DNA from: the human T2T-CHM13v2.0 reference genome, Homo sapiens
Length of the DNA stretch: 64,000 bases
Direction: 5' to 3' (one strand)
Assembly: GCF_009914755.1 (NCBI RefSeq)
Contig: NC_060947.1
The position numbers were made by a program, and so were the translations under genes. Below are positions 1 to 11,907 of the stretch, piece after piece. The number at the start of each line of letters is the position of its first letter. The stretch's first letter is position 1. The notes beneath the pieces were generated by a model. It worked only from the letters and a program-made list of their open reading frames with translations, was not told the origin of the DNA and made no database searches.

Positions 1-669
1 TGTTGAATGAGTGAACTTTGGATTCTAGGTTTCATCTTGATTCTTAGGTGATTCAGTTTAATCATCAGGAGGGACATGTGATGACTAATCACAGTGGATT
101 TCAGGGCTCTGGGCACCTTGGAAGGGTTACGGATAATGATAGAGAGAAGAGTAGTGCTGCCTAAGAGTCCAGCTCCCAGTGAGGTGCTTTCCTTCAAATC
201 CAACAGGGAAAGAGATTTTTAAAAATTAATCTTGAATTTTCATTTTTTGGAGAGGACAAAGGAGGAGGTAACAGAGAAGAGGAGTGAGGACTGCTTCCTG
301 GATTTTGTAGACTGTGACAGTGTCAGCTTTTTCCACACGTGCCTCGTAGGTTGATGGAAGCAGTGTGTGACATGCTGGTGCATGCACCCAGCTGCCTGTC
401 CCTCCCCTGCCTGAGAGAGAACAGGTGTGTAATAGCACACGTGACGTGTCCACTCTCTGTTTCACAGTTAGAGCATCCCTGAGGCCATGCTTCCTCAACT
501 GAAACATCCACTCAGGCTTCACCCACAATCCAGTTCCCTATGGGTGGAAGAGAACTCATTCCCCAGGTGGGTAGGCAGAAGCAAGAGAACCACGTTGTGA
601 GAGCTAGCATGGACCAACAATTTAGTTTGAAAATTTGCCTCCAAAGACAACTTCTGGATGAGCTGGGAT

Positions 670-852
670 ATAATAACTTCTTATCGTGGGTGGCTCTTCA
701 GAATTTTCTAAAGCACTTTCCCACACCTTATCTCATTTCATCCTTGTAACAACATGGTGAGGTAAGAAAGCCAAGAGTTATTATGTCAGTCTTACAGATG
801 ATAAAACCGAGGCTCAAAGTAGCTCAGACGACTTTCCCAAGACCACGTGGCT
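670..852 (-). mobile_element. MIR SINE fragment
   Basis: Reverse MIR core: ttacagatgataaaaccgaggctcaaag...actttcccaagaccac. Confidence 0.75.
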
Positions 853-1216
853 GCTTTTCCTCTCCTGCCATTTCCACCCCAAACCCCCTTGTCCACATTG
901 GTAAAGTAGTTTCTAGAAGATGTCCTCTTAGTTTGCAGTCAGGGAGACTGGAAAATATGTCTCATGACTGACCTTATCCCTCAACACTGGCCATTTATTT
1001 TCCTGTCTAAACAAGCGGGTCTGCAAGAAGCTACCACAAAATCCTCCCCTATGTTTACATCTCTGTGAGCTGTGGATCCATGCCTTCCAGTGTCCCCTTC
1101 GATTGTTGGTGGAGAAAACCAAGACAGCTAAAATGTTTCCCAGGTTGCAGCACCACACATCTCAGCTAGTTACAGCAGTGTCTAGGTGGAGTTGTGCCAT
1201 GGGACTCTTTTTCATT

Positions 1217-1241
1217 AAAACAAAACAAAACAAAACAAAAC
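1217..1241. repeat. (AAAAC)n microsatellite
   Basis: Five tandem AAAAC units. Confidence 0.9.
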
Positions 1242-2602
1242 ACCACGGAGCTAGGATGTTTTAATAAATGTCTGTGTGTGCGCTTGCTAGGACACACTAC
1301 TGTTGCACTCTCAGGAATCATTAACGCTGTCTCCCAACCTTACTCAGACAGAAAGCTGACGTTACCTTGCCATCCTACCTAATTAAAGATGAAGGCTATA
1401 GTTTCCCCAGTCTATTATAGTCTAGTTTCTGTATTTTGCCATTGCAGAGGAAGAGGGAGAAGCTAAAGGTTGACTGTGATGTGGGAGGATGCAGCCAGGG
1501 GCAAAGAGGGTGAGGATGAGTTGCTTACCTCACAGAACCTAACACCAAATTTTTAGCATCAAAATCCTAACAGCAGAAAGAAAGTTTCCCTGTGGAAGAA
1601 GGACTGGGCCATGTCAATTCCCAAACCTTCCATCCTTCCTTCCTCCCAACGGCTCAGGTATACCTGAGAAACCTACATCTGCTGGCATCATCTCCCATGC
1701 ATTGTTTTTGCAGAAGCAGAGCATGACCGACATCTAATAATATCTATGTTGGTATCTGTCTCAGCAAATCCTTTCTGTATTAAAAGATTAATGTAGTAAA
1801 TCCAGAGTTACAGGGAGATTGTGGTGTTTCCTCTTCTGGTGTCAGAGTGTTGTTTTTTTAATACTATATTTTGTTTTCCTTTTTCACCCTCCCTTCTCAT
1901 CCCTATAAACCATATTTTGAAGCCCTTCTCCAATTGCTTGATTTTCCTAATAGTAATAAAAAGCCTAGACAGTTTGGATGGCATCTGTACCACCTCTTTT
2001 AGGGATTATAACCCAATTTTTCTCCAACAGTGAACTTATGGGTCTTTTATGATCTGGCTTTAGGTCTCTTGAATGAGGCTGACATGAGGATGTAAGGCTT
2101 GAATCATAAGATTTTAGGAAAGGCTCTGAAAAGCAAGCTCTTTCTGAGGAGTGTTGATTTTTTTTGGGGGAAGATTATTTTGCCAGTGTTCAGGTAAGAA
2201 TTCACATTTGCTTCTGTTACTAGTCATGATAGCTGAATGGTGTGCTTCATTCAGATACTGTGTAGTGATCACTTACTTTGAATTGCATATTAAGACATGT
2301 GACCATATAACCTTTTATTTGAACCAAGCAATTTACATGGTGGAGCTGAAGATTGGTTGTTACTGGTTCATTTTTAGTGAGCACTGACTGTTTCTAAGAC
2401 TCTATCTTGGTCAGACTCTCTCTTGAGGTCTCCCAGGGTAAGTCAGCCAGACTGAGAGTGACCCAAGAAGATGGGGCAACATTCTGAAGAAAATAGAAAA
2501 TAGTGCTGTCATGTGGTGAAGAGGCCAGGGAGCATTTGTTTCCCCATGCCCCTACCCACCCCGTTATTTATTGATTCTGCTCATAACGTAACAGTATATG
2601 TA

Positions 2603-2901
2603 TTTTTGTTGTTGTTGTTGTTGTTGGAGACAGGGTCTCACTGTCACCCAGGCTGGAGTACAGTGATGTGATCTCCTCTCACTGCAACCTCCACCTCCTG
2701 GACTCAGTCCTCCTACCTCAGCCTCTCTAGTAGCTGGGAATACAGGCATGTGCCACCACACCTGGCTAATTTTTGTATTTTTTGTAGAGATGGGGTTTTG
2801 CCATGTTGCCCAGGCTGGACTTGAACTCCTGGGCTCAAGCGACTCTCCCACCTCGGCCTCCCAAAGTTCTGGGGTTACAGGCATGAGCCACTGTACCTGC
2901 C
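2603..2901 (-). mobile_element. Alu, AluJ-like, full length, tail converted to (TTG)n
   Basis: Alu body with J-type motifs gacagggtctcac and cctgggctcaagcga; TSD aacagtatatg at 2590-2600 and 2904-2914. Confidence 0.95.
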
Positions 2902-2959
2902 TGAACAGTATATGCACCTCTATAAAGAATGATCAGATGATCAATATTAATGTATTGCT

Positions 2960-3155
2960 TGATTCAACTCCCAGCGTGATGTTTAATAGCACATGGTGGG
3001 TGCTCAGTAGATGTTTGTGGTATTGAAGCAATGTGTTTATTCTATGTGTTTTCCACTAGATTATGAGTTCTTTGGAGTCAGGGCCCATGTGTCCTTTGTC
3101 TTTGTGTCCCCAGCCCCATCCCCAGTGCCCAGTACATAAGGAGTATTTGTTGAGC
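2960..3155 (+). mobile_element. L2 3' end fragments
   Basis: gtgctcagtagatgtttg and ccactagattatgagttc...cagtgcccagtacataaggagtatttgttgag resemble the L2 3' terminus. Confidence 0.6.
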
Positions 3156-3333
3156 TCCCACAAAACAACATCCGTCTGTCAAGGATTGTTCAAATCCCTC
3201 CTTCCAACTTGTTCTCCCTTCTCCCTTAGGATAAGCTCTTTTCTTTTATTCTAGTGCCTCAGCCCTGAGAGAATTTTTTTTCCAAGTAATTACCAACTCA
3301 TGTCATCGGATGCCCATTTGACTAGTCCCAGTA

Positions 3334-3764
3334 TGTATTAGTCTACTAGGGCTGCCATAGAAAGTACCATAGATTAGACTATTTAAACAACAGAAATTAA
3401 TTCCTCATGGTTCTGGAGGCTGAGAAGTCCAAGATCAAGGTGACTGCCAATTCAGTTTCTGGTGAGGGCCCTTTTCTTGTCTTGTAGATAACTGCGTTCT
3501 TGCTGTATCCTCACATGTTAGACAGAGAGAGGGAGAAACCGACGGAGAGAGGAGAGAGAGAGAGAGAGAGAGAGAGCAAGGGAGCATACAGGCTCCCTGG
3601 TGTCTCTTCTGATAAAGATGCTAATTCACCTGGATCAGAGCTCCACCCTCATGAACTTGTTTAACCTTAATCACTTCCTTAGAGCCCCCGTCTCCAAATA
3701 CAGCCCCACTGGGGGTTAGGGCTTCAGCATATGAAATTTGGGTACAAACAATCAGTTCATAACA
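3334..3764 (-). mobile_element. MaLR solo LTR, MLT1A-like, with internal (GA)n
   Basis: tgtattagtc...agggctgccata start, ttctggaggctgagaagtccaagatcaaggtg core, cagttcataaca end. Confidence 0.88.
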
Positions 3765-4085
3765 CAAGGTACTTGTTGCCCACTGTAACATCTGCTGTTT
3801 CCCGAACAAGACAAAGGTGATGATAATTAAACATGGTACTAGACTATTCATGTTAAAAAGCATAGTACTGTGTGTGAAGCATCTTAAATGAGTCAGGCAG
3901 GAGCACTTAATGAAAATCTATGGTCAATTGAACATAGGTTTACTGTGCCCTTGTCTTTTCCTTCCATTATGTTTTTTTTTTTTTTTAAATTACTATTCCA
4001 TGGGGATTCTCCTAAGCTTGTCAATTACAGACAGGTGCTCTTGTTTTGGAGCCAGAGCAGCAGTTGTAAAAAGGTGAAACTGGAA

Positions 4086-4465
4086 GGTCAGGATAAGCTG
4101 GGTTATGCCATGACAATAAACATCTCCCAAATCTCAATGGCTCATATAACAAATGTTTCTTTCTCCCCTACGCTACATGTCTAAGGGGTGTCACCAGGGG
4201 TGCTCTGTTAGTTGTAATTGTTCTTGGATCTGGACTGATGGAGGCTTCATTCTGACACGTGTCACAAAGGAGAATATAGTAAATTGTATACTGGCTCCAA
4301 AGTTTTCACCTAGAAGTGCCACATACCACTTTTGCTCATCCTTCATTGGCTAAAGCAAGTCACATGGCCACATCCAACCTCAAAGAAGTAGGTGAAACAA
4401 TCTTACTAAGAAGGAGGAGAGCTAAAGCTTTCCTTTGGCAAATGGCACTGATTAATACTATAATG
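4086..4465 (-). mobile_element. Old MaLR LTR (MLT1J/K-like)
   Basis: gtcaggataagctgggttatgc...cccaaatctcaatggct and cattggctaaagcaagtcacatggcc motifs. Confidence 0.7.
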
Positions 4466-6908
4466 GGGTAATAATGAGGCCTAGGTAAACAGGGTAGGAC
4501 TTGAGCAAAACTTGTGGCACAAATGAGAAATTTTATGTACTTAATGCTTTTTTAGAAAAATGCTGCTTCCAAAACAGCTCTAACATCCAGGATTTCTTGC
4601 CTAGCCAGTATTTCTGTGCCTAGAGTGAGATTCAGAGAATGAAACCCTTTTTTACTGAGATCCTGAGAGTTGCCTTTCAAGTGTCCATAGAGTATAAATA
4701 ACAATAGCCTCAAAGAAACAATTAAAGGCTCTCCGGGTGGCTTATCTCAGATCCACTGAGAAATGAAAACCCCCAAACATGCCAGAACACTAAAAAAATG
4801 GCTGTGTCTGAGGGTGGTCTCCTTGTCATGATAAAGCTTTCTCCTCATCCTTCTGAAAATGATACCACCCTCATGTTAGCAACAGTATCGCTGTCTGGAA
4901 AGGGGCTGGCTGAATCTGGTGGGATTACTTTGAGTTGCATAAACACAGATTGAATTAAGCATGGCGAGTTGATGATGGGGAGTGTAGAAAGAGTCAGGAC
5001 CTTGCGTTGGGATAATAACTAGTTCATTATCTGCCCAGATAAAGGTCGTACAGGCTTTTAGCAACAGCATGGAAAGGAAACCAGATTGACCTTTCTGACG
5101 GCAACTCTCTGCTTTTTTTTTTTTTTTTTTTTTCCAGACCTTAGAACACCAGTGAGTAAAGAAATCCGTGTCCCTCCTGACACCTTTCCTTTCCCTTTCC
5201 TGGCGTTCCCAAAATGCAGGCCTTCATTTCCATTGGTTTTGAAATGGCTGCCTTTGTTTAAATTACTTATAATAGAACGTTCCTGGAAAACTCTCACATA
5301 AGCCCATGAGCAGATGTTAGTATCTTATATGCCTCCAATTTTATATGCTATATCACACCTCTTCCTTGCTCCAAAATTTTGCCTTTGCATCAAAAAAGGC
5401 AAAAATCCTATTATTTAGTCAAAGGAAACTTCTGCTTCTTGGGCTATATCTTCCAAATTTCTTTAAAAGAGCTCATTATGAATCATTTGGAAGGAGCCAG
5501 CACACCATATTGTCTTTGTGTGAAACTTAGAAAGCAGTGTGGTGTGGGTGGAGATACGTCCAACTATAAAGAGAAATTATAGTTACAAGTGGCTTTCAAG
5601 ACATTAAGGATATTTTGGAGTCCTAAATTAAGCAATGGCAGGTTAATCTTTTCCCAAGAGGTGGTGATTTTGGCTAAGTATCATAAAAGGGTTATCCCAA
5701 TGTTTTCAACGTGGTTTCAAGTGAATGATCATCTCTTATTCATTTTTCATAATCATTTTAATATGCCACATATGTTCCAAAATGGGTTGGCAAATTTATT
5801 TTCTTTCTGCTACCTTAGAAATCTTGTCAATAAAATGAAGCCTAGTAATATGGATTTCTTACGTAGCTATAATTTTTCTTTGTGAGGGAGTTAAGATGTG
5901 TACTTCAGTAAGAGGAATGGGCTGTGTTGAATGCCAGATCATAATGAGGCCTCCTGGCGCCAATAAATTACACTTGCTCTAGGTTGACTAGCCATGGAAT
6001 GAGGTCATGTATCCTTGATCCAGATCATGAATGTGACAGCCTGCATCTACATACAGTATAACCCAATCCTTGCTACCGTACTATATTTCATCACAGTCTG
6101 TGTCACCTTCAGGGCGTGGGTTTGACAGAAGATGACAGTAGTGATGCATATTATGCTCAATCCTTAGCCTCAAACAGCAAAAGGCCTTACATTTAGATTT
6201 TTTTTAAAAAAAGAAGACAATTTTATATCACCTACAGATAATTAACAGGCTCTGTGTGAAAAATGAAATTAGAAATATTGAACTTAGAAATAGAGGAAAA
6301 AATGAAATATTCCTTGAAATATATCCAGGTAGTGTAGAATAACCCATGACCATATTCTGTAAGATTTTCCTTTTCCTGGCTCCCTACCCTATGTTTATAT
6401 TCACCCCAAATGCACTTTTAATCACAGCTTTTTCTCCATGAGCAAGTAATTTTTTTTGAAATAAGATAATCTGTTTTGTAAGGGGTAAGTGATTGTTTTA
6501 TCCAGGAAAGATGTATTTCACAATGGTATTAGAATTATGTGTAGTTTCATACTTTTGGTAACAGGAGATTTTTAGATGAATGTTCAGCCACCCCTGATTA
6601 TTTATATAGCTCCCTGAAGTTTGCAGTGACATAGAATGAAGTGATAAAGAATGATGGTAAATGTCATTATGGTGTTAAGTGTATCTTTTCATATGAAATA
6701 GTGAGAAAAGCCTTGTGCATATATGAAGCTCTTGAACTATGGATGAGTAACATTAGTGTGGCTCCATTTCAATGATATTTATATACTTAAATAATGTATT
6801 CTTTTATAATATATATTATATATTAAGATAATATATATGTATTCTATCATCATATCAAGAACATAGCTCAAAAATGTTTTCAAAGAAATTGAGATTGAAA
6901 ACAAGCGT

Positions 6909-7220
6909 TGCTGGGTGCAGTGGCTCATGCCTGTAATCCCAGCACTTTGGGAGGTCGAGGCCGGCAGATCAGTTGAACCCAGGAGTTCAAGACCAGCCTG
7001 GGCAACATGGCAAAACCCCGTCTCTACTAAAAATAAGAAAAAATCAGCTGGGTGTGGTGGCATGCACCTGTAGTCCCAGCTACTCAGGAGGCTGGGGTGG
7101 GAGAATCACCTGAGCCCAGGAAGTCAAGGCTGCAGTGAGCTGTGATCACGTCACTGCACTCCAGCCTGGTCAATGGGAGTGAGACCCTGTCTTAAGAAGA
7201 AAGAGAGAGAGAGAGAGAAA
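6909..7220 (+). mobile_element. Alu, AluJ-like, with (GA)n tail
   Basis: gctgggtgcagtggctcatgcctgtaatccc...gagcccaggaagtcaaggctgcagtgag...gagaccctgtct; gaaaacaa repeated on both flanks. Confidence 0.95.
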
Positions 7221-7399
7221 ACAAAGGCAGCAATTATGCTAAGTCTCAAAAGTTCCTTTTAACTGAATGCTTAGTGTGTCCTGATATTTAACATCACTTT
7301 CCAATAATCTGAAAAAAAGTCTAGTGCTTGTTGACTCAAACTTGAACAATGTTTGCATGCTGACTGATGTGTGAGTCAGAAGGTATCCATTATCTTAAT

Positions 7400-7613
7400 C
7401 AAAGATTCACAATTTTTTTTCTGTAAAGATCCAGAGGGTAAATATCTTGAGCATTGCAGATCATGAAGTCTCTGTCATAGCTCTTTGTCACTGAGTGCGA
7501 AAGCAGCCATAGACAATACGTAAATGAGTGAGCATGGCTGTGTTCCAATGAAAGTTTATAAAAAACAGGTGGTGGGTCAATTTGGCTTGTGGGCTGAAGT
7601 TTGTCAGCCTCCG
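7400..7613 (+). mobile_element. MER58A hAT-Charlie MITE
   Basis: ttttctgtaaag...gaaagcagccatagacaatacgtaaatgagtgagcatggctgtgttccaat matches the MER58A consensus as I recall it. Confidence 0.85.
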
Positions 7614-7706
7614 ATCTTAACTATGAAGCTTTTAAACTTAGCCTAATTGAAAAACGATTTCCATATGGCACCTAGTAGAATATGTGACTACCTGTGTATT
7701 TAGCGC

Positions 7707-7748
7707 TTGTGTGTGTGTGCGTGCACACACGCACACACATACACACAA
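7707..7748. repeat. (TG)n/(CA)n head-to-head microsatellite
   Basis: ttgtgtgtgtgtgcgtgcacacacgcacacacatacacacaa. Confidence 0.85.
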
Positions 7749-10700
7749 GAATGAAGGTTTACATGCCTTTTTGAGATCAGTCTGGAAAAACTCCTGTACA
7801 TGTAATTTTGTCTTACAGTCAATAAATATGTTCCATTTTCTAAATAAATAGTCCGATTCTCTGTGGGATTGTGGCTACCTTATCCAATTAAAGTTTATGT
7901 AGCGTTGTCATTGTTATCATTTCTCCTCTCAAGTTCATTGCATCATGATCATATGGGTTGCTTAATTATTACTCTTTAGTGGTGATGATGCTATTCACAT
8001 GGACTTTTTTAATGTGGGCTGTGCAAGTTGCTTTTGTTATGAGTCATTCTCTCTTGATGTCATTAGCTGTTTTAAACTAGGCATTAATTGAAATGAAACC
8101 ACAAGCTTGGTTAGATTGATTAATCGTTTCAGAACCTATTCAAAATACTTTTCTTTCTTCCCAGAAAAAGAAACTATAGTCATTTGCCCAGAAATGGGAG
8201 AGAATCATGCTTTTCCAAAGGCGAAGACTGTTTGTTTTGAAAAGTGGATTTATTGGGATGATAAATCTGGCTTGTACTATCTGCTCACCTGTTTGTCCTC
8301 GGGGGAGCTATCACTCTATTAATCCTTTTACACTGGAAATGTTGAAATGATAGACAGTTTCAAAAGTTGCACCCCCAAAAAAAGCAGATAAACATAAACA
8401 AATCTTACTCTTCTACTTTGGATATGCTTTGAATCAGCATGCTGGGGCACTTCCTTATAAGAGGAAGGCAATTAAACAAGAGCTTTGGTCTTTTGTAACC
8501 AGGTCCTGCCTTGTATTTGGGAAGCTCTGTCGTATAGAGAATCAGGCTGCAGGTCTTACCTTCTAAACTCTCAGCTTTAACTTTTCTTTCCTGTTTTTTA
8601 TTTTTTTTCAAAGAAATAACTGATCTTTCCACATCTAAACTGCAGGTGCAGACAGGCACACAAAATGACACTGTCCCAAGGTCCAGGCTACTTCTTCTGG
8701 ACATTTGATCTGCCAGGTCAAATTTCCAGGAGGACTGGCCCAGACAATGTCAAGATGAGAATTTCTTCCCTTACTGCTTTCTGTGCAATTGATTGCAGCA
8801 TCTCTGCAAAACCACTGACATTCTCTTAACCTTAGTTTGCTTTTTTGTGAAATGAGTGAATCCCAGTACAAGGCAGCAGCAAACAAAGGTGTAAAAATCA
8901 CCTGAGGCAGGAAGGCCAGAAACGAATCCCGGTGGCTTGAGGTACAGTTGTGCATTCATAAATTCCATCAGCATGTTTGGTCATGAATGTCAGTGTGACA
9001 TTTCAGTCATTTAAATCATTGACGATCATGTACTTTTATGTGCAATTTGCTTCTAAAAATATGTGGGCTTTCCAGGCTTTTATTTCATAATGTTCCCTCC
9101 CTCCCCCGTCTCCGCGCCAGTGAAACAATTAGGTAATATGTTTTAGAGAATGCCTCTTCTTAGCTTGGGCCTGTTTTCTCTAAGACGTTACTAGCAGTTT
9201 GCTCATTAGCAGTGACAAGGAAATGGCACCAGAGATGCTTTCCTGAGAGGTCTCCCTGCACTGGGACCTGGAAGGTGAGCCACTGGGTGGCTGAGACCCT
9301 GGGAGTTTTAGCATGACGGCAAAGGGGAACAAGAATTTTCCTAGCCTATGATGTTTTCAAGTATCCACTCTGAAAACGATGAATTAGATGAATTCTACTT
9401 TAGGATAGGCAACACAGAGAGAAAGACAGACAGACCTTCCCCCTCCTTGCCCCCTTCCACAGAGGCAGAGGAAAGAAAGATTAGAGGCAGAGCAGCAAGG
9501 GTTCAAGAATGGAGGACAGAAAGGCAGAAGAGAAAATGGTGAGGCTGCAGTTCTCTGTTGCCCTTGGCAACACTGCATGGGGGCGGGGGTTGGCTGGTAT
9601 CTTGGTACTGAGCCTGCCCTGCCCTGCCCCGGGAGGTTGTGGGATATCACATAGGGGTGGAGACCTCGCTGGGGACAGCTGAGCAGATGACAAGTCTGCA
9701 CCAAGAACAAGCAAATGTTCTCTGCCGGGACACTGGCTCTATCTGTCTGGCTCCTTCCAGGACCTTTTGAACTTGTTCCCTGGGACACGGTATAGCCCGC
9801 TTGTGGCTCCTCTAGATATTTGTTTTTCCTAAGTGCATTGATCTATCAGAGTAAAAACTAGCCAAAAATAAGAATGGGGAATGAATCAATCCTCTGGACT
9901 CCTCTCTCCTCTGTGTTCCCGAGTCTCAATGGTATCAGATGGCCAGTTGCAAACATTTACTTCTGACTGAGTGCCCTGATTTCTTTAGTCTCTTATCTTC
10001 TCCCCTTCCCTCCCTCATTTCCTTATCCCTTTTCCCCTCTGCCCTCCTCTCTCCACAGCTTTGGTAAGAAATAGCCAGCCTTGAATTCAAGCATAATTGC
10101 TCGGCAGGGGGGACTTCCTTGAAAAAACCTCAAATTTTTGGGCTGTAACAGTGGAAATCTGTTTGAACCCTTGAACTTCCTTTATTGTTGAAATGACCAC
10201 CTACAGAAACATGCTGGGGGAAAGTAGCAGAAGCACAGTGGTCCCTTTTATGGGAAAAACAGTAGCTGGAATTATTTCACTTTTGCAAGAATTCTGTAAT
10301 GAGGAGGCATTTCTGAAGGGAGAGTATGGCACAAACATTCCACAAGTTGGAGATGTCTGGACTGAGATTGGGATATTGTAATAATCGATGTTTCTGGGCT
10401 TAGAAACAGAGTCTTCATTCTTTTTTTGACCACAAGCATAAAAGCTGGTAACTGTAGCATTTCTGTCTACTTTTGTTGCCATTTGCATGGGCTCGCTCTG
10501 GGTACTGGAGATTTTCAGGCACACAAGCTGCAATAGAAAGGCGGCTGGTATTTGCCTCTTAGAAAGTAAAGTTGGCATGCTATGATTTGTATTTTCCAAC
10601 CAACAGGCTGTGTGGACTTTTTCCTCGGTTCACTCAGGCACCAGGATATCTTCCATTTATGGATGCCCTGTTCACTCAGTGTGCCAGAGAGGGCTTGTGC

Positions 10701-10789
10701 ATGGGTGGACATACACTGATAAATCTGGGAAGTCGTTGCTTTCAGTCTCTCTCTCACCCTCATCCTCTCTCCACCCTACCCCCCAACGT

Positions 10790-11358
10790 TTTCATCTTAA
10801 ACCAAAAATCAGAGTATGCCATTTATCTGCTTAACAAATGCCTATAACCCTCACCTATACAAGATAAAGTTCAAACTCCTTAGCAAGGTGTAGGTCTGAA
10901 CCCAGCTCACTTTTCCCAACTCATCTCTTTACACTTCCCTGCTTCCCCTGGACTCCAGCACATGTGATGTGCAGGTCTCCAGATCTACCATGTTTATTTC
11001 ACTTCATTGCATGTGCTGTTGCTCCTGCTGCTTAAAATACCTTTTCTTCTCTTTTTCACTGCAAACAACTCCTACTCAGACTTCCAAGCACAAGTGAAAT
11101 ATAACTTCCTCTGTGAAGTCTTCCCTAACTTCATCTGCTCACTCCATCCACTTTGCTGCTAAAATGTTTTCATATTTACAGATATTTCTCTTAACAGTAC
11201 TTACTGCATGGGACTGTAATCAAATGTTACATGCCTGTTGCAGTCTGCTGCAAGCCTGGTGAGGGCCGGGGCCATATGGTATTCTGTTTTGGATTCTTAG
11301 GGCCCAGCATAGCACCTGGCATCTAGTAAGTGTTCAGTAAATATTTTCTGAATGAGTG
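10790..11358 (+). mobile_element. L2 LINE 3' fragment
   Basis: gataaagttcaaactccttagc, cttcctctgtgaagtcttccct, and the terminus gcacctggcatctagtaagtgttcagtaaatattttctgaatgagt. Confidence 0.8.
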
Positions 11359-11385
11359 GTTGGGATCCATTAGGAAAATGTAGGA

Positions 11386-11388
<3 letters not shown>

Positions 11389-11438
<50 letters not shown>
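11389..11438. repeat. Compound (TG)n(AG)n microsatellite
   Basis: Directly visible. Confidence 0.95.
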
Positions 11439-11439
<1 letters not shown>

Positions 11440-11685
11440 CAAACTAGGGAGTGCGTGTTTTGAGTTGGAAGGCAGTTACTGCGATTGGTGTAAATTGTTA
11501 TCTAGTTACAAAAGAGTCATAGTTTTCTTTCAATGAGCCTTGTAAAAGGGGGTGTTCTCTTCAAGAAATAGAAAGATAATTACATTCACCCTCTTTATTA
11601 CCCTTCTGGACAAACACTTCAATATTGTTATGTGATGACACAATGCTTCTGTATTTGTGGGTCTGTGTGAATTTAAGAAAACAGA

Positions 11686-11687
<2 letters not shown>

Positions 11688-11716
<29 letters not shown>
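11688..11716. repeat. (CA)n microsatellite
   Basis: Directly visible. Confidence 0.95.
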
Positions 11717-11720
<4 letters not shown>

Positions 11721-11776
11721 CTGAGTTTCAAAGACACAAAAACTAAGATTTTTTTTTAAATTGAAGTATTGCATAC

Positions 11777-11907
11777 CAGGGTCAGAAATTTTTTTTCTGT
11801 AAAGGACCAGATAGTAAATACTTTAGGCTTTGTGGGACATTTAGTCTTTGTCACAGCTACTCAAAGTCTGCTGTTGTAAAGAAAAAGCAGCCATAGACAA
11901 TATGTAA
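11777..11907 (+). mobile_element. MER58A 5' fragment
   Basis: ttttctgtaaaggaccagatagtaaatactttaggctttg...aaagcagccatagacaatatgtaa. Confidence 0.85.
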
